From a virus (taxonomy: Duplodnaviria; Caudoviricetes), in the IMG/VR virus record IMGVR_UViG_3300037465_000562, positions 1 to 37,376 of that record: a DNA stretch of 37,376 bases; one strand, given 5' to 3'. Below the pieces are notes generated by a model. The model searched no databases and was not told the origin of the DNA. It was given only the letters and a program-made list of their open reading frames with translations. Position numbers and translations under genes: made by a program. Shown here piece after piece: positions 1 through 8,964 of this stretch (the first letter of the stretch is position 1; each line of letters begins with the position of its first letter).

Positions 1-48
1 CCCGGCCGCCCGCCCAAGAGCCCGGGCGCGCCCGGGGCTGCCACCTGC

Positions 49-126
<78 letters not shown>

Positions 127-131
127 ATTTG

Positions 132-162
132 TGGCGCTAGGTCAAAGACTTAGCGCCATTTT
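132..162 (+). terminator. Hairpin plus T tract after the tRNA (element-supplied terminator)
   Basis: TGGCGCTAGGTC-AAA-GACTTAGCGCCA-TTTT. Confidence 0.6.
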
Positions 163-209
163 GCTATTGAGAGCCGTGTTGCAAACGAACGCAACGCGAA
201 CCCGCGCGA

Positions 210-222
210 TATCAAAGGTTTA
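210..222 (+). promoter_or_regulatory. Putative IHF site in the element 1 att arm
   Basis: TATCAAAGGTTTA matches WATCAANNNNTTR, between att core and arm repeats. Confidence 0.5.
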
Positions 223-243
223 CGACCGCTCCCGGCTGTTCCG

Positions 244-264
244 TGCGACACGGATGCGACACGG
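244..264 (+). repeat. Integrase arm-type repeats of element 1 (left arm)
   Basis: TGCGACACGG x2, 11-bp period; GCGACACG pair recurs at 17208-17226. Confidence 0.75.
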
Positions 265-445
265 GCGTGGGCGATGTTCCGCAGACGTTCGCGCCGGGTA
301 GTCATGTTGGCTGGGCGACCTGTCCATTGAACAGCAGCGGTTGAGTCACCATTCTTTGCGCACTTGTCCCCGCGCGAATCGCCGTGATGCCAGAGCGGTT
401 CGCGAAGGGGCTCATCAATGCTTTGTCGGTTGCGGGAGAAATGGC

Positions 446-2110
446 GTGCCCTTCAACTTGTCAGTCCCACGCGACAGCGGAGCCGCCCTCGACCTTACGA
501 TCGAGGCCGGCGAAGTCATTCTCTTGCTGGGTGCCAATGGCACGGGCAAATCAAGCCTGATGCATCGCTTCTACAGCACGCATCGCTCCCACGCCCGACG
601 AATCACGGCGCATCGCCAGACCTGGTTCGAGTCCAACGCAATAACGCTGTCCCCGCAGCAACGCCAGCAGACAGAGAACAATATTCAAGCACACGACAGC
701 CAGCCACAGGCGCGGTGGAAAGAGGATTACGCGGCTGCTCGATCGAGCATCGCCATTTATGACTTGGTCGATGCCGAGAATATTCGGGCCCGCGAGATCA
801 CGAGTGCAGTCGATGACGACGACTTCGATCTTGCGAGGGAGTTGCGCAAAAAGGACGCACCAATCAAAATCATTAATGAACTTCTTAGACTGTCAAATAT
901 TCCCGTTGCGATATCTATTCACGAGAATGCGCAGGTCGTTGCCAGCAAGAACGGAAGTGCTTCTTACAGCGTCGCCGAGCTTTCAGACGGGGAGCGAAAC
1001 GCGCTCCTAATTGCGGCAAATGTTCTAACAGCCAAACAAGGTACCCTTCTGCTCATAGACGAGCCCGAGCGGCACCTGCACCGGTCTATCATTTCGCCAC
1101 TGCTCACGTTGTTGTTTGCCAAGCGGCCTGACTGCGCATTTGTCGTCTCAACTCATGACGTGATGTTGCCGTTCGACAATCCGACGGCGCGCACGCTGTT
1201 GATCCGCGGCTGCACGTACGACGGGTCGGCTGTCAGGGCATGGGACGCCGACGTTGTTTCCTCTGGTTCGGGGATTGACGATGATCTCAGGAGGGACATT
1301 CTTGGTGCGCGGCGAAAGATCCTCTTCATCGAAGGCGTAGAAAAGGGCCTCGACAAGCCGCTGTATAGCTTGGTGTTCCCTGACGTCTCAATTATTGCCA
1401 AGGGCAGTTGCCGCGATGTCGAGCGCGCGGTTTTTAGTATCCGCGATGCTGGTGAATTCCATTGGCTCGATGCATTCGGCCTGGTGGATAACGATCGCCG
1501 CTCCCAAGCGGAAGCCGCGCAACTCAGGGAGCGCGGGGTATACGCTTCTGCGGTCTTCTCGGTGGAAAGTGCCTATTATCATCCTGAAATTCAGCGGCGA
1601 GTTGCGGAGCGCCACGCACATGCCACCGGCGATGACTACGAGAAGCGCGTCGTCGATGCGAGGGCGGCTGCAATCGGCGTGATCGCTCCTCATATTCAGC
1701 GCCTCAGCGAACGTGTCGCCGAGAAGCGGGTTCGAGAGGAGTTCTTTGCCCATATTCCAAACAAGGGGCAAATCTCCGCTGCTGCTCCGGTGAATATCTC
1801 AATCGACGTTCCGAAGATTGTCGGAGAAGAACGTTCGCGCCTTCAGGCAGCCCTCGATGCTGGCGATCTCACGACAATTGTTTCGCGCTATCCAGTGCGT
1901 GAAACGCCGGCTCTGGACACGATTGCGCGAGAGCTGGGCTTCCAAAATCGCAATCAGTATGAAGGCGCGGTGCGGAAGCTTCTGATGGACGAGCCTGATG
2001 CGTTGGCGTTCGTAAGGTCGCTTTTCGGCACCCTGGCAGCCGATATTGCCGCCGGCAGCAGCAACGCCGGAGCAAGCGTGACCGACGCGCCGCCTGCGAT
2101 GGTCGCCTGA
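446..2110 (+). CDS. ABC-ATPase (AAA_21-like) fused to a TOPRIM-like (DUF4435-like) nuclease; putative fused PARIS/OLD-type defence protein
   Basis: Walker A GANGTGKS, signature LSDGER, Walker B LLLIDEPERHLH, H-loop STHD, then TOPRIM motifs LFIEG...GLVDND; GTG 446 chosen for GGGAG RBS (track start 341). Confidence 0.8.
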   Translation: MPFNLSVPRDSGAALDLTIEAGEVILLLGANGTGKSSLMHRFYSTHRSHARRITAHRQTWFESNAITLSPQQRQQTENNIQAHDSQPQARWKEDYAAARSSIAIYDLVDAENIRAREITSAVDDDDFDLARELRKKDAPIKIINELLRLSNIPVAISIHENAQVVASKNGSASYSVAELSDGERNALLIAANVLTAKQGTLLLIDEPERHLHRSIISPLLTLLFAKRPDCAFVVSTHDVMLPFDNPTARTLLIRGCTYDGSAVRAWDADVVSSGSGIDDDLRRDILGARRKILFIEGVEKGLDKPLYSLVFPDVSIIAKGSCRDVERAVFSIRDAGEFHWLDAFGLVDNDRRSQAEAAQLRERGVYASAVFSVESAYYHPEIQRRVAERHAHATGDDYEKRVVDARAAAIGVIAPHIQRLSERVAEKRVREEFFAHIPNKGQISAAAPVNISIDVPKIVGEERSRLQAALDAGDLTTIVSRYPVRETPALDTIARELGFQNRNQYEGAVRKLLMDEPDALAFVRSLFGTLAADIAAGSSNAGASVTDAPPAMVA

Positions 2111-2113
2111 CCT

Positions 2114-2461
2114 TTACGCCGCCGCCGCAGTGGCCACGCCGTCGAGCCGCACGCGCACCGTGGTGACGCTATCGCCGGCGGCCTCGGTGGCGATGCCGAC
2201 TGGATAGAGCCCGGTGCCCGGCAGGTCGATCCGCTTCTCGGTGGCGTCCCAGGCGACGCGCGCGCCTTGCGCGATAACGGTGGTGGGGTTCTTCGGCAGG
2301 ACGTAGACGCCGCGCGTGGCGATCTCGACCGCCTCGTCCTCGGCGGCGGTGAAGGCAGCAACACCGAACAGACTGCCGACGATGACGCCGTCGCCCGAGG
2401 CGACGCCGCCGGAGGGCGCCGTCACGGTGATCACGTCGCCGTTCTGGATGAAGGTCTTCAT
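2114..2461 (-). CDS. DUF2190-family capsid cement/decoration protein
   Basis: MKTFIQNGDVITVTAP...GSLFGVA...GVYVLPK...VRVRLDG pattern; last gene of the head operon. Confidence 0.85.
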   Translation of the reverse strand: MKTFIQNGDVITVTAPSGGVASGDGVIVGSLFGVAAFTAAEDEAVEIATRGVYVLPKNPTTVIAQGARVAWDATEKRIDLPGTGLYPVGIATEAAGDSVTTVRVRLDGVATAAAA

Positions 2462-2464
2462 GGC

Positions 2465-2677
2465 TCAGACTCCTTTCGAGGATGCGATGCGGACGACGGC
2501 GACGCGGCTGCCGCTGGTGGCTGCGATCTTGCGGTCGAGGTCGGCCAGCGCCGCCGCCATCTCGGCATCGGTGGCGTAGGTCACGCGCCGGCCGTCATGC
2601 TCGACGGTGCGCACGCTCCGATAGCGGGCAGCCATCAGGGCGTCGCGCCAGGCGGTGAGCTGGGCGAGCTCGCTCAT
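2465..2677 (-). CDS. gpW-like head-tail joining protein
   Basis: 70 aa, VRTVEHDGRRVTY...EMAAALADL motif; start overlaps the capsid stop. Confidence 0.8.
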   Translation of the reverse strand: MSELAQLTAWRDALMAARYRSVRTVEHDGRRVTYATDAEMAAALADLDRKIAATSGSRVAVVRIASSKGV

Positions 2678-4497
2678 CACGCACCGGGGTTCATGAACCA
2701 GCCGCGGTGGTCGACGAAGCCGGCGCCGAAGTCGAGGATGACACGGATCTCGACACCGTCCACGTCCCAGCCCGAGCGGCTCTCGACCTGCGGGCCCTGG
2801 TTGCCCGAGAGGTAGGCGAACTCGAGCCCGTCAATCTCGCCCGGATCGGCGGTGACATACCAGCGCGTAGCGCTCGTGAGACGCGGCTCGACCACCAGCG
2901 ATAGGCTGCCCGAGAACGGGTTCACGTCGGCCGCCTTGGCGGGTGCGACGGTCGCCAGCCACTTCTCCGCGTCCGTCTCCAGGGCGGGTGGTACCAGCAG
3001 GTTCTTCGGCGTGACCCGGATCGTGCGGTCCTCGATGCCCTTCTGGGTGCGCATGGCGAGGCGCGCGGCCGACAGCGTGGCATCGGAGATCGCCGCGCCC
3101 GAGCCCGCCTTGTTGCCGTGATCGGCATGGAACAGCGTCTTGTTGTCGGAGAGCTTCGGCCCGTTGCCGCTGTTGGCTTCGAGCAGGTCCACCAGGATGC
3201 GGGCCTCGGTCTCGGCCGCGCCCTGGCCCATGCGCCGGGCGAGGTCGGAGAAGGCGCCGAGGTCGTCGTTGACCAGCACCTGGCGGGTGATGCCGATCTT
3301 GCGCGCCCAGGTCTCGATCTTGTAGGCCTCGCGGGCCTCGGCCATGGTGCCGGCCCTGATCTCGCCGTGCTCGTTGAGCTTTTCGAGCAGCGGCGCTTCG
3401 CCCAGCATGATCTTGTTGATCGCGCGGAAGTCGCGGGCGGTGGTCTGTCGGCCGAGGCGACGCACACCAGCGGGCGCCGCCTGGTAAGCATCGCGGAGCA
3501 CACGGCCGACGGTATCGCCCAGGATGATCGGGAAGTCGGAGGTGGTGTGGAGCGCCCGGGTGATCAGCGTCGCCGGCGACAGGCCGAGCGTGCTCTCGCC
3601 GCGCAGCATCAGCAGCTCGCGCGCCATGTCCACGGGCGTGGCATAGGCATAGCGCCGTGCGGGCTCCGAGAGCTGGTGCTGCGGATTGATGCGGGCATAG
3701 AGAGCTTCGCCCATCTGCCGGGCGCGCCGCGCTGGCTCGTCCTGGCTCTCGCCCATCTCGACACGCACCTGCTCGGTGCGGATCGAAGGCGAGGAGCGAC
3801 GCGCCAGCGCCTCGAAGGCGGCACGACGCGCGGTGTCAGCGTCTGCCTCGGCGTCGATCTGGCTGTCGATCCACGCCTGGTCGAGCCCGGCGATGCGGGC
3901 AATGCTGCGAATCTCGGCGTTCGTCGCCGCGCGGGTCTGAACCGCGTCGACGGTCTCGGGCGGCGTGTCGGCCGCCGGGCTCGTGGTCTCCGGCATGTCG
4001 GTCTCCATTCGGATCTTGGCGCCTGGGTCGGCAGCGGTCGGCACCAGGGAAATCTCGTGCGGCGTCCAGCGCACGGCTGTGAGCACGCGCGCGCCGTTCT
4101 CCTGACTCTCGGCCCATTCCTCGACCGAGTAGCCGACCGAGACATGGCGCAGGATGCCGGCCAGCACGTCCTGCCAGACCGGCTCCACCTCGGGCCGCGC
4201 CGAGAACTGGATCAGTGCCGTGCCGCGCTTGCCGTCGACGGCTGCCTCGCGGACGCTGCCCAGCACATCGCGCACAGCCGACTGGCGGTGGGCATCGAGC
4301 ACGGAGGCGCCCTCGAGGCGCGACAGGTCCACCGCCTCGGGATCGAGACTCAGCCGCTCGATGTATTCGCCCGCAATGTCGCGGCGACGCACGGGCGCAC
4401 CGGTCGACCAGATCACCTTGACGGTACGGGCTTGCGCGTCGGCGGTGGCGGGCGCGAGATCGGCGCGGCGGGTCAGGAGCGTGACCGTCTCAGGCAT
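2677..4497 (-). CDS. Fused prohead protease / major capsid protein
   Basis: N-terminal protease motifs VLDAH, VSVGY, EISLVP; C-terminal capsid region from ALHTTSDFP to ILDFGAGFVDHRG; start MPETV overlaps portal stop; 606 aa. Confidence 0.9.
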   Translation of the reverse strand: MPETVTLLTRRADLAPATADAQARTVKVIWSTGAPVRRRDIAGEYIERLSLDPEAVDLSRLEGASVLDAHRQSAVRDVLGSVREAAVDGKRGTALIQFSARPEVEPVWQDVLAGILRHVSVGYSVEEWAESQENGARVLTAVRWTPHEISLVPTAADPGAKIRMETDMPETTSPAADTPPETVDAVQTRAATNAEIRSIARIAGLDQAWIDSQIDAEADADTARRAAFEALARRSSPSIRTEQVRVEMGESQDEPARRARQMGEALYARINPQHQLSEPARRYAYATPVDMARELLMLRGESTLGLSPATLITRALHTTSDFPIILGDTVGRVLRDAYQAAPAGVRRLGRQTTARDFRAINKIMLGEAPLLEKLNEHGEIRAGTMAEAREAYKIETWARKIGITRQVLVNDDLGAFSDLARRMGQGAAETEARILVDLLEANSGNGPKLSDNKTLFHADHGNKAGSGAAISDATLSAARLAMRTQKGIEDRTIRVTPKNLLVPPALETDAEKWLATVAPAKAADVNPFSGSLSLVVEPRLTSATRWYVTADPGEIDGLEFAYLSGNQGPQVESRSGWDVDGVEIRVILDFGAGFVDHRGWFMNPGA

Positions 4498-5905
4498 TGG
4501 CCACCTCCGTCGTGATGCGCTTAGTGCGGGAGAAGTCGAGGCCGAGCGAGGTGGCGCGCTCCTGATCGGCGGCGATCTCGGCATCGACCTGTTCGGCGTC
4601 GTAGCCGCGCTCGGAGATCGCCTGCGTTCGGCTCTTGAGGCCCGCCTCGATGGCCAGAATCTCGGCCTCGACGTCCTTCTTGGGATCGACATAGTCGAAC
4701 TTCGGCGGCAACCACTCGCAGCCGAGCCAGGCAGACGGATCGCGGTCGAAGTCGCGCGCCGGCAATTCGCCCGAGAGCACCGCGAGGCGCACGAAGCGCT
4801 CCCACACCGGCCGGCAGAACAGGTGGACGACGACATTGTGCTGGAGCTGCTCGACGCGGCGGCGGAACTCGATCAGCCCGGCGCGGATCGAGGAATAGGT
4901 GACGCCTTCGAGATCGCCCGAGACGAGCTCGTAGGGCAGGCCCAGCCCGGCCGCGATGGCGCGCAGGTGGTTCTTCACGAAAGGCGCATAGGCATCGTGC
5001 TCGGTCGGGTTGGAGAAGCGGATGTCGGCGCCGGGCGGCAGCGGGATGAGGCTGCCGGGTTCCATGCCGACCTGCAGCACGCCGGCATTGCTCGTGCCCG
5101 ACAGTCCGCCCACCGTGCCGTCGGGATCGGTGATGAACCCGGTGAACAGCGCCGCCACCTTGGCCTTCACCAGCGCCGCGTCCTCGAACTGGTCGAGCTC
5201 GTGCAGCCTGAGCAGCACCGGCGCGAGCCAAGTGATGCCGCGCAGCTGCCCGGCGGCGAGCGGCTTGAACAGATGGATGCAATCGGCGGCGGGAACGCGC
5301 ACGGGGTCCATGCGGAGCGGACCGAACGGGTCGCCGGGTCGGGAGGAGCGAACCCAGTAGGCGACGCGACGGCCGGCCGAGTCGAACTCGATGCCGGCGC
5401 GGATGCGCGCCCCGCCGCCGATCTCGCGATGCAGGTCCGATGACACCTGCTCGCGATCCAGAAGCTCGATGGTGAGAGGGACAATGCCGGCCCGCGGGTC
5501 TGGCGAGGTCTTCATGCGAGCGAAGCTCTCGCCGCTCTCGACCATGGCGCGGACGGCCATCGCCTGCAGCCCGTAGAAATCGCCGAGGCCGCCGGCGTCG
5601 GCCGCGTCTGTCCAGCGCAGCCACAACACCTGCAGGTGCTCGCGCACGGAGCGGTCGGGATGTGTCGACTGCGGCTTGATGCCGGCTCCGACGACGTTGC
5701 CGACCAGGCTATCGACCGCCGCCGCCACCCAGGGATTGTTGCGGGCATACCAGCCGGCGCGTCGTGCGGCCGTGGTCGCGCCCGCCAGGATGGCGGCGTT
5801 CAGACCGTCGACTGTCTTGGCGCTTTCCCAGCGACGGCCGCCGCCCGCCGCGTCGAAGGCACGCGCCTGGGCGATCCCGAAAAGGCGTTGGACAAGGCTC
5901 CGCAT
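4490..5905 (-). CDS. Lambda-family portal protein
   Basis: RNNPW, GQLRG, GDLEGVTYSSIRAGL, YVDPKKD motifs; 471 aa. Confidence 0.92.
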   Translation of the reverse strand: MRSLVQRLFGIAQARAFDAAGGGRRWESAKTVDGLNAAILAGATTAARRAGWYARNNPWVAAAVDSLVGNVVGAGIKPQSTHPDRSVREHLQVLWLRWTDAADAGGLGDFYGLQAMAVRAMVESGESFARMKTSPDPRAGIVPLTIELLDREQVSSDLHREIGGGARIRAGIEFDSAGRRVAYWVRSSRPGDPFGPLRMDPVRVPAADCIHLFKPLAAGQLRGITWLAPVLLRLHELDQFEDAALVKAKVAALFTGFITDPDGTVGGLSGTSNAGVLQVGMEPGSLIPLPPGADIRFSNPTEHDAYAPFVKNHLRAIAAGLGLPYELVSGDLEGVTYSSIRAGLIEFRRRVEQLQHNVVVHLFCRPVWERFVRLAVLSGELPARDFDRDPSAWLGCEWLPPKFDYVDPKKDVEAEILAIEAGLKSRTQAISERGYDAEQVDAEIAADQERATSLGLDFSRTKRITTEVANA

Positions 5906-5970
5906 GCCGCCGAGTCTCGCGCGGCGATAAGCCTCAAGCTATTGGGAACGTTTGGGAATTTTCGGTGAAT
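5906..5970 (-). promoter_or_regulatory. Putative activator-dependent promoter of the portal-capsid operon
   Basis: GCTATT 32 bp from the ATG followed by 10-bp-periodic TTGGGAA repeats; same spacing in element 2. Confidence 0.5.
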
Positions 5971-6200
5971 GTCCGTAGAGACGCGGCGTCCGTTCGCGCT
6001 TTTGACGATCCGGGTGTTGGTGACGATGGCATAGTTGGCGATTGCCACTTCCATCGAGGTGTGAAATGTTCTATTGTTGTTCTCTAACGCAAGTGGGGGG
6101 CTGAAGGGGTTCCTCACTTCGATCGTTCAGTATCTAGTGCCCTGTGAGCAAGCGGATACGAGATGTTGCGTCATGTTCCGTGCAGCATTAAACATGCCCC

Positions 6201-6425
6201 ATGGCAAGACCACGTGGACGCACCAAGACAGCCCGCCTCACCGTGAATCTAGAACCACGGGAGTATGAGACGTTGTGCGCCTTGGCACGCGAGCAGGATG
6301 TACCTCTTTCCTGGCTGATCCGCCGCGCGGTCAGCCACTTTCTCGCGAATCGATCTGGCGACAACTCGCTGCACGCGACCCAACCGAAGCGCAGCCGGTC
6401 TCCGTTGTCGGGGGCGCCGCGATGA
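6201..6425 (+). CDS. CopG/ribbon-helix-helix regulator heading the R-M operon
   Basis: RLTVNL...YETLCALAREQDVPLSWLIRRAV; ATGA overlap with next gene. Confidence 0.8.
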   Translation: MARPRGRTKTARLTVNLEPREYETLCALAREQDVPLSWLIRRAVSHFLANRSGDNSLHATQPKRSRSPLSGAPR

Positions 6426-7798
6426 GCCGAAGCACGTCCGATCTACCTTTCGGCAGCGAGTTTTCGCCGCAGCAAATCGACCTTCGTCGGGTGCTTGAGC
6501 TGGCTCACCAGTGCGGCAAGGACTGGAAGGCTTTCGAAGCGGCCGTGCGGAAGGAATATTTCGAGAAGAACAAAACCAGCGGGTACAACAAGAACAAGCT
6601 CGCCAACAACACAAAACTATCGCTGCGCGCCTATGGTCTGATTGAGGAATCCGATGCGCAGCTGACGGAAGTTGGGCGCGCGCTCTACGACGTGAGAACC
6701 GATCCGACGGCGCTGCACGAAGCCTTCGGCCGGCACATCCTCATGCACTGCCAGGGCATGAACTTCGTGCAATGCATTCTCGACATGACCGCCGCTGGCG
6801 AGGAAATCGACCTGACCAAGCTGCGCCGCTGGCTTGAGGATCGCGGCTTAATTGTGCCGCGCGGCTCCAAAGCGATGAGTACAATGCGGCTGTGGCTGGA
6901 AAAGGCGGGTGTGTTCGTTTCCGGCTACCGGGTCGATCAGGTGCGTCTCAATGCGATTCTCGGCCTCGGTGTCGATGAGTTTGAAGCCCTTGCCGTCTTC
7001 AGTCCCGAGCAAAAGGCGTTCCTCAAGACGCTTGCCAACATGGGCGGTGGGGGTCCACATGCCTCCAACGATGTCGAGAAGCTCGCCGCCGCCACCTACG
7101 GCGTGGCATTCAACGAGAAAAACCTTCCCAAGCAGGTTCTCTATCCGCTGGAGAAGGCGGGCTACATCATGCTCAAGCGCGGCACCAAGGCGGCGGGCCG
7201 CGGCGCGAAGCCGTTCCTAGTCACGACAACCGCGAAATTCACCGCAGACCTCATCGCGCCGCTTCTGGAGCAGCTGGAACGGCAGACCCAAGCCGATCTG
7301 CGGCCGTTGCTGCGCAAACCCCTCAAGGAAATCCGCGAGGAACTGGGTTCAGAGGACCGCCACATCCGCGGCCTTGCGCTTGAGGCGCTCGCCTTCAAGC
7401 TAATGCGGCTGATTGATCTCACCTATGTCGCAACCCGCCTGCGCGGTACTGCCACCGGCGGCGCGGAAGTAGACGTGATTTTCGAGGGCGCGCGCCTTGT
7501 CTTCTCGCGCTGGCAGGTTCAGTGCAAGAACACGGCGCGGGTGTCGCTCGACGACGTAGCCAAGGAGGTCGGGCTCACGCATTTCCTCAAGAGCAATGTG
7601 ATCGTCATGGTCTCGACCGGTGAGATCGGCGGCGAGGCACGCCGCTACGCCAACAAGATCATGACGGACTCAAACCTGTGCGTGGTGATGATAGATCGCG
7701 GCGACCTCTCTCTGATTGAAGCGCGCCCTGCGGCGATTGTCGACGTATTTGGCCGCGAAGCGCGGCACGCGATGGACCTGAAAAAGTTAGAGATATGA
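6422..7798 (+). CDS. Restriction endonuclease with C-terminal Mrr-like PD-(D/E)xK domain
   Basis: ALEAL...EVDVIF...WQVQCKN catalytic pattern; N-terminal winged-helix-like segments; ATG 6422 coupled to RHH stop. Confidence 0.8.
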   Translation: MSRSTSDLPFGSEFSPQQIDLRRVLELAHQCGKDWKAFEAAVRKEYFEKNKTSGYNKNKLANNTKLSLRAYGLIEESDAQLTEVGRALYDVRTDPTALHEAFGRHILMHCQGMNFVQCILDMTAAGEEIDLTKLRRWLEDRGLIVPRGSKAMSTMRLWLEKAGVFVSGYRVDQVRLNAILGLGVDEFEALAVFSPEQKAFLKTLANMGGGGPHASNDVEKLAAATYGVAFNEKNLPKQVLYPLEKAGYIMLKRGTKAAGRGAKPFLVTTTAKFTADLIAPLLEQLERQTQADLRPLLRKPLKEIREELGSEDRHIRGLALEALAFKLMRLIDLTYVATRLRGTATGGAEVDVIFEGARLVFSRWQVQCKNTARVSLDDVAKEVGLTHFLKSNVIVMVSTGEIGGEARRYANKIMTDSNLCVVMIDRGDLSLIEARPAAIVDVFGREARHAMDLKKLEI

Positions 7799-8958
7799 AG
7801 GGGGGCGGCATGACGGAAAGAACAAGGCGCAGGCGAACCAACGGACACGGGCGTCCGGCTTTCTATGAAACGGAACTCGGGCGCATCGTCTGCGGCGATA
7901 GCCTGGACGTTCTGGCCGGCTACGGCGACCGCTCGGTGGACCTCATCATGACCAGCCCGCCTTTCGGACTCGTCCGCAAGAAGGACTACGGCAATGTGGA
8001 AGCGAACGAATATGTCGAATGGTTCAAGCCGTTCGCCAAAGCCTTTAAGCGCGTCCTGAAAGACTCCGGCAGCCTTGTTATCGACATCGGCGGCGCGTGG
8101 AACAAGGGTTATCCGACGCGCAACCTGTACCATTTCAAACTTCTCATCATGCTGTGCGACGAGTTCGGCTTTCACCTCGCGCAGGATTTCTATTGGTGGA
8201 ATCCGTCCCGGCTGCCGACCCCGGCGGAGTGGGTGACGGTGCGCCGCGTGCGCGTAAAGGATGCGATAAACACCGTTTGGTGGCTCTCCAAGACGCCATG
8301 GCCGAAAGCCAGCAACCGGCGCGTGCTCCAGCCCTACAGCCCGAGCATGAACGAACTTCTGGCGAAGGGGTACAGAGCCAAGAAGCGGCCGTCAGGACAT
8401 GATATCAGTGAGAAGTTCAGCATCGACAATGGTGCCGCCATCCCGCCGAACCTCATCGCGATCCCAAATACCGAGAGCAACAGCTTCTATCTGCGCTACT
8501 GTGAAGAACGCGGATTGAAGCCGCATCCCGCGCGGTATCCAGCAGAATTACCGGAATATTTCATCCGAATGCTGACCGATCCCGGCGATCTTGTCGTTGA
8601 CCCTTTTGCGGGCAGCTGCGTCACCGGCGAAGTGTGCGAGCGCATCGACCGGCGCTGGGAATGCGTTGAGCTTCTGCCCGAATACTGCGAGGCGGCCCTG
8701 GGTCGCTTTGTGCGCAGCCCAAAGGAGAACGGGAAGCCTGTCGCCGATCCCCAAGACCCATCAAATTTCTACCGCGTGCCACGGCCTGGCATTCTGTGGA
8801 ACGGCCATGACGGAGAGGCGCTTGCGAAAGATGGCGGCCAGAAGCGTCCGTCGTCGGTGGGCAACGGCAAGCACCGCCTGGGCAAAGCAAACGGCCGGGT
8901 CGGCACCGGCCATTCGCGCGCGGCAGCGGTGGCGACATCTGCAGATACGCCGGATTAG
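7795..8958 (+). CDS. Beta-class N4-cytosine DNA methyltransferase, M.PvuII-like
   Basis: TSPPF precedes DPFAGS; long blocks recalled from M.PvuII (TSPPF.L.RKK.YGN, RVKDA.NTVWW.SKT.WPK, RPSGHDI, DNG..IPPNL, HPAR.P..LPE.FIRMLT). Confidence 0.9.
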   Translation: MKGGGMTERTRRRRTNGHGRPAFYETELGRIVCGDSLDVLAGYGDRSVDLIMTSPPFGLVRKKDYGNVEANEYVEWFKPFAKAFKRVLKDSGSLVIDIGGAWNKGYPTRNLYHFKLLIMLCDEFGFHLAQDFYWWNPSRLPTPAEWVTVRRVRVKDAINTVWWLSKTPWPKASNRRVLQPYSPSMNELLAKGYRAKKRPSGHDISEKFSIDNGAAIPPNLIAIPNTESNSFYLRYCEERGLKPHPARYPAELPEYFIRMLTDPGDLVVDPFAGSCVTGEVCERIDRRWECVELLPEYCEAALGRFVRSPKENGKPVADPQDPSNFYRVPRPGILWNGHDGEALAKDGGQKRPSSVGNGKHRLGKANGRVGTGHSRAAAVATSADTPD

Positions 8959-8964
8959 TAGCCC

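Noticed and set aside
2114-2461. RecA/RadA recombinase label sometimes attached to DUF2190
   Set aside because: 115 aa with no P-loop, located in a head operon
4498-4836. N-terminal extensions in the ORF track (capsid to 4836/21593, terL to 11863, primase to 15044/31359, parD to 27453, REase from 6275)
   Set aside because: They run through upstream genes; coupled starts and comparison of the two elements give shorter starts
3118-5443. Long + strand ORFs opposite the head genes (also 12524-14092, 20034-22983, 33115-34428) and off-frame ORFs such as 15884-17218
   Set aside because: Shadow frames typical of high-GC coding DNA; no motifs, and they overlap well-supported genes
5800-6200. Short ORFs in the portal-RHH gap (5800-6117, 6074-6268)
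   Set aside because: No RBS or motifs; the region reads better as divergent promoter DNA
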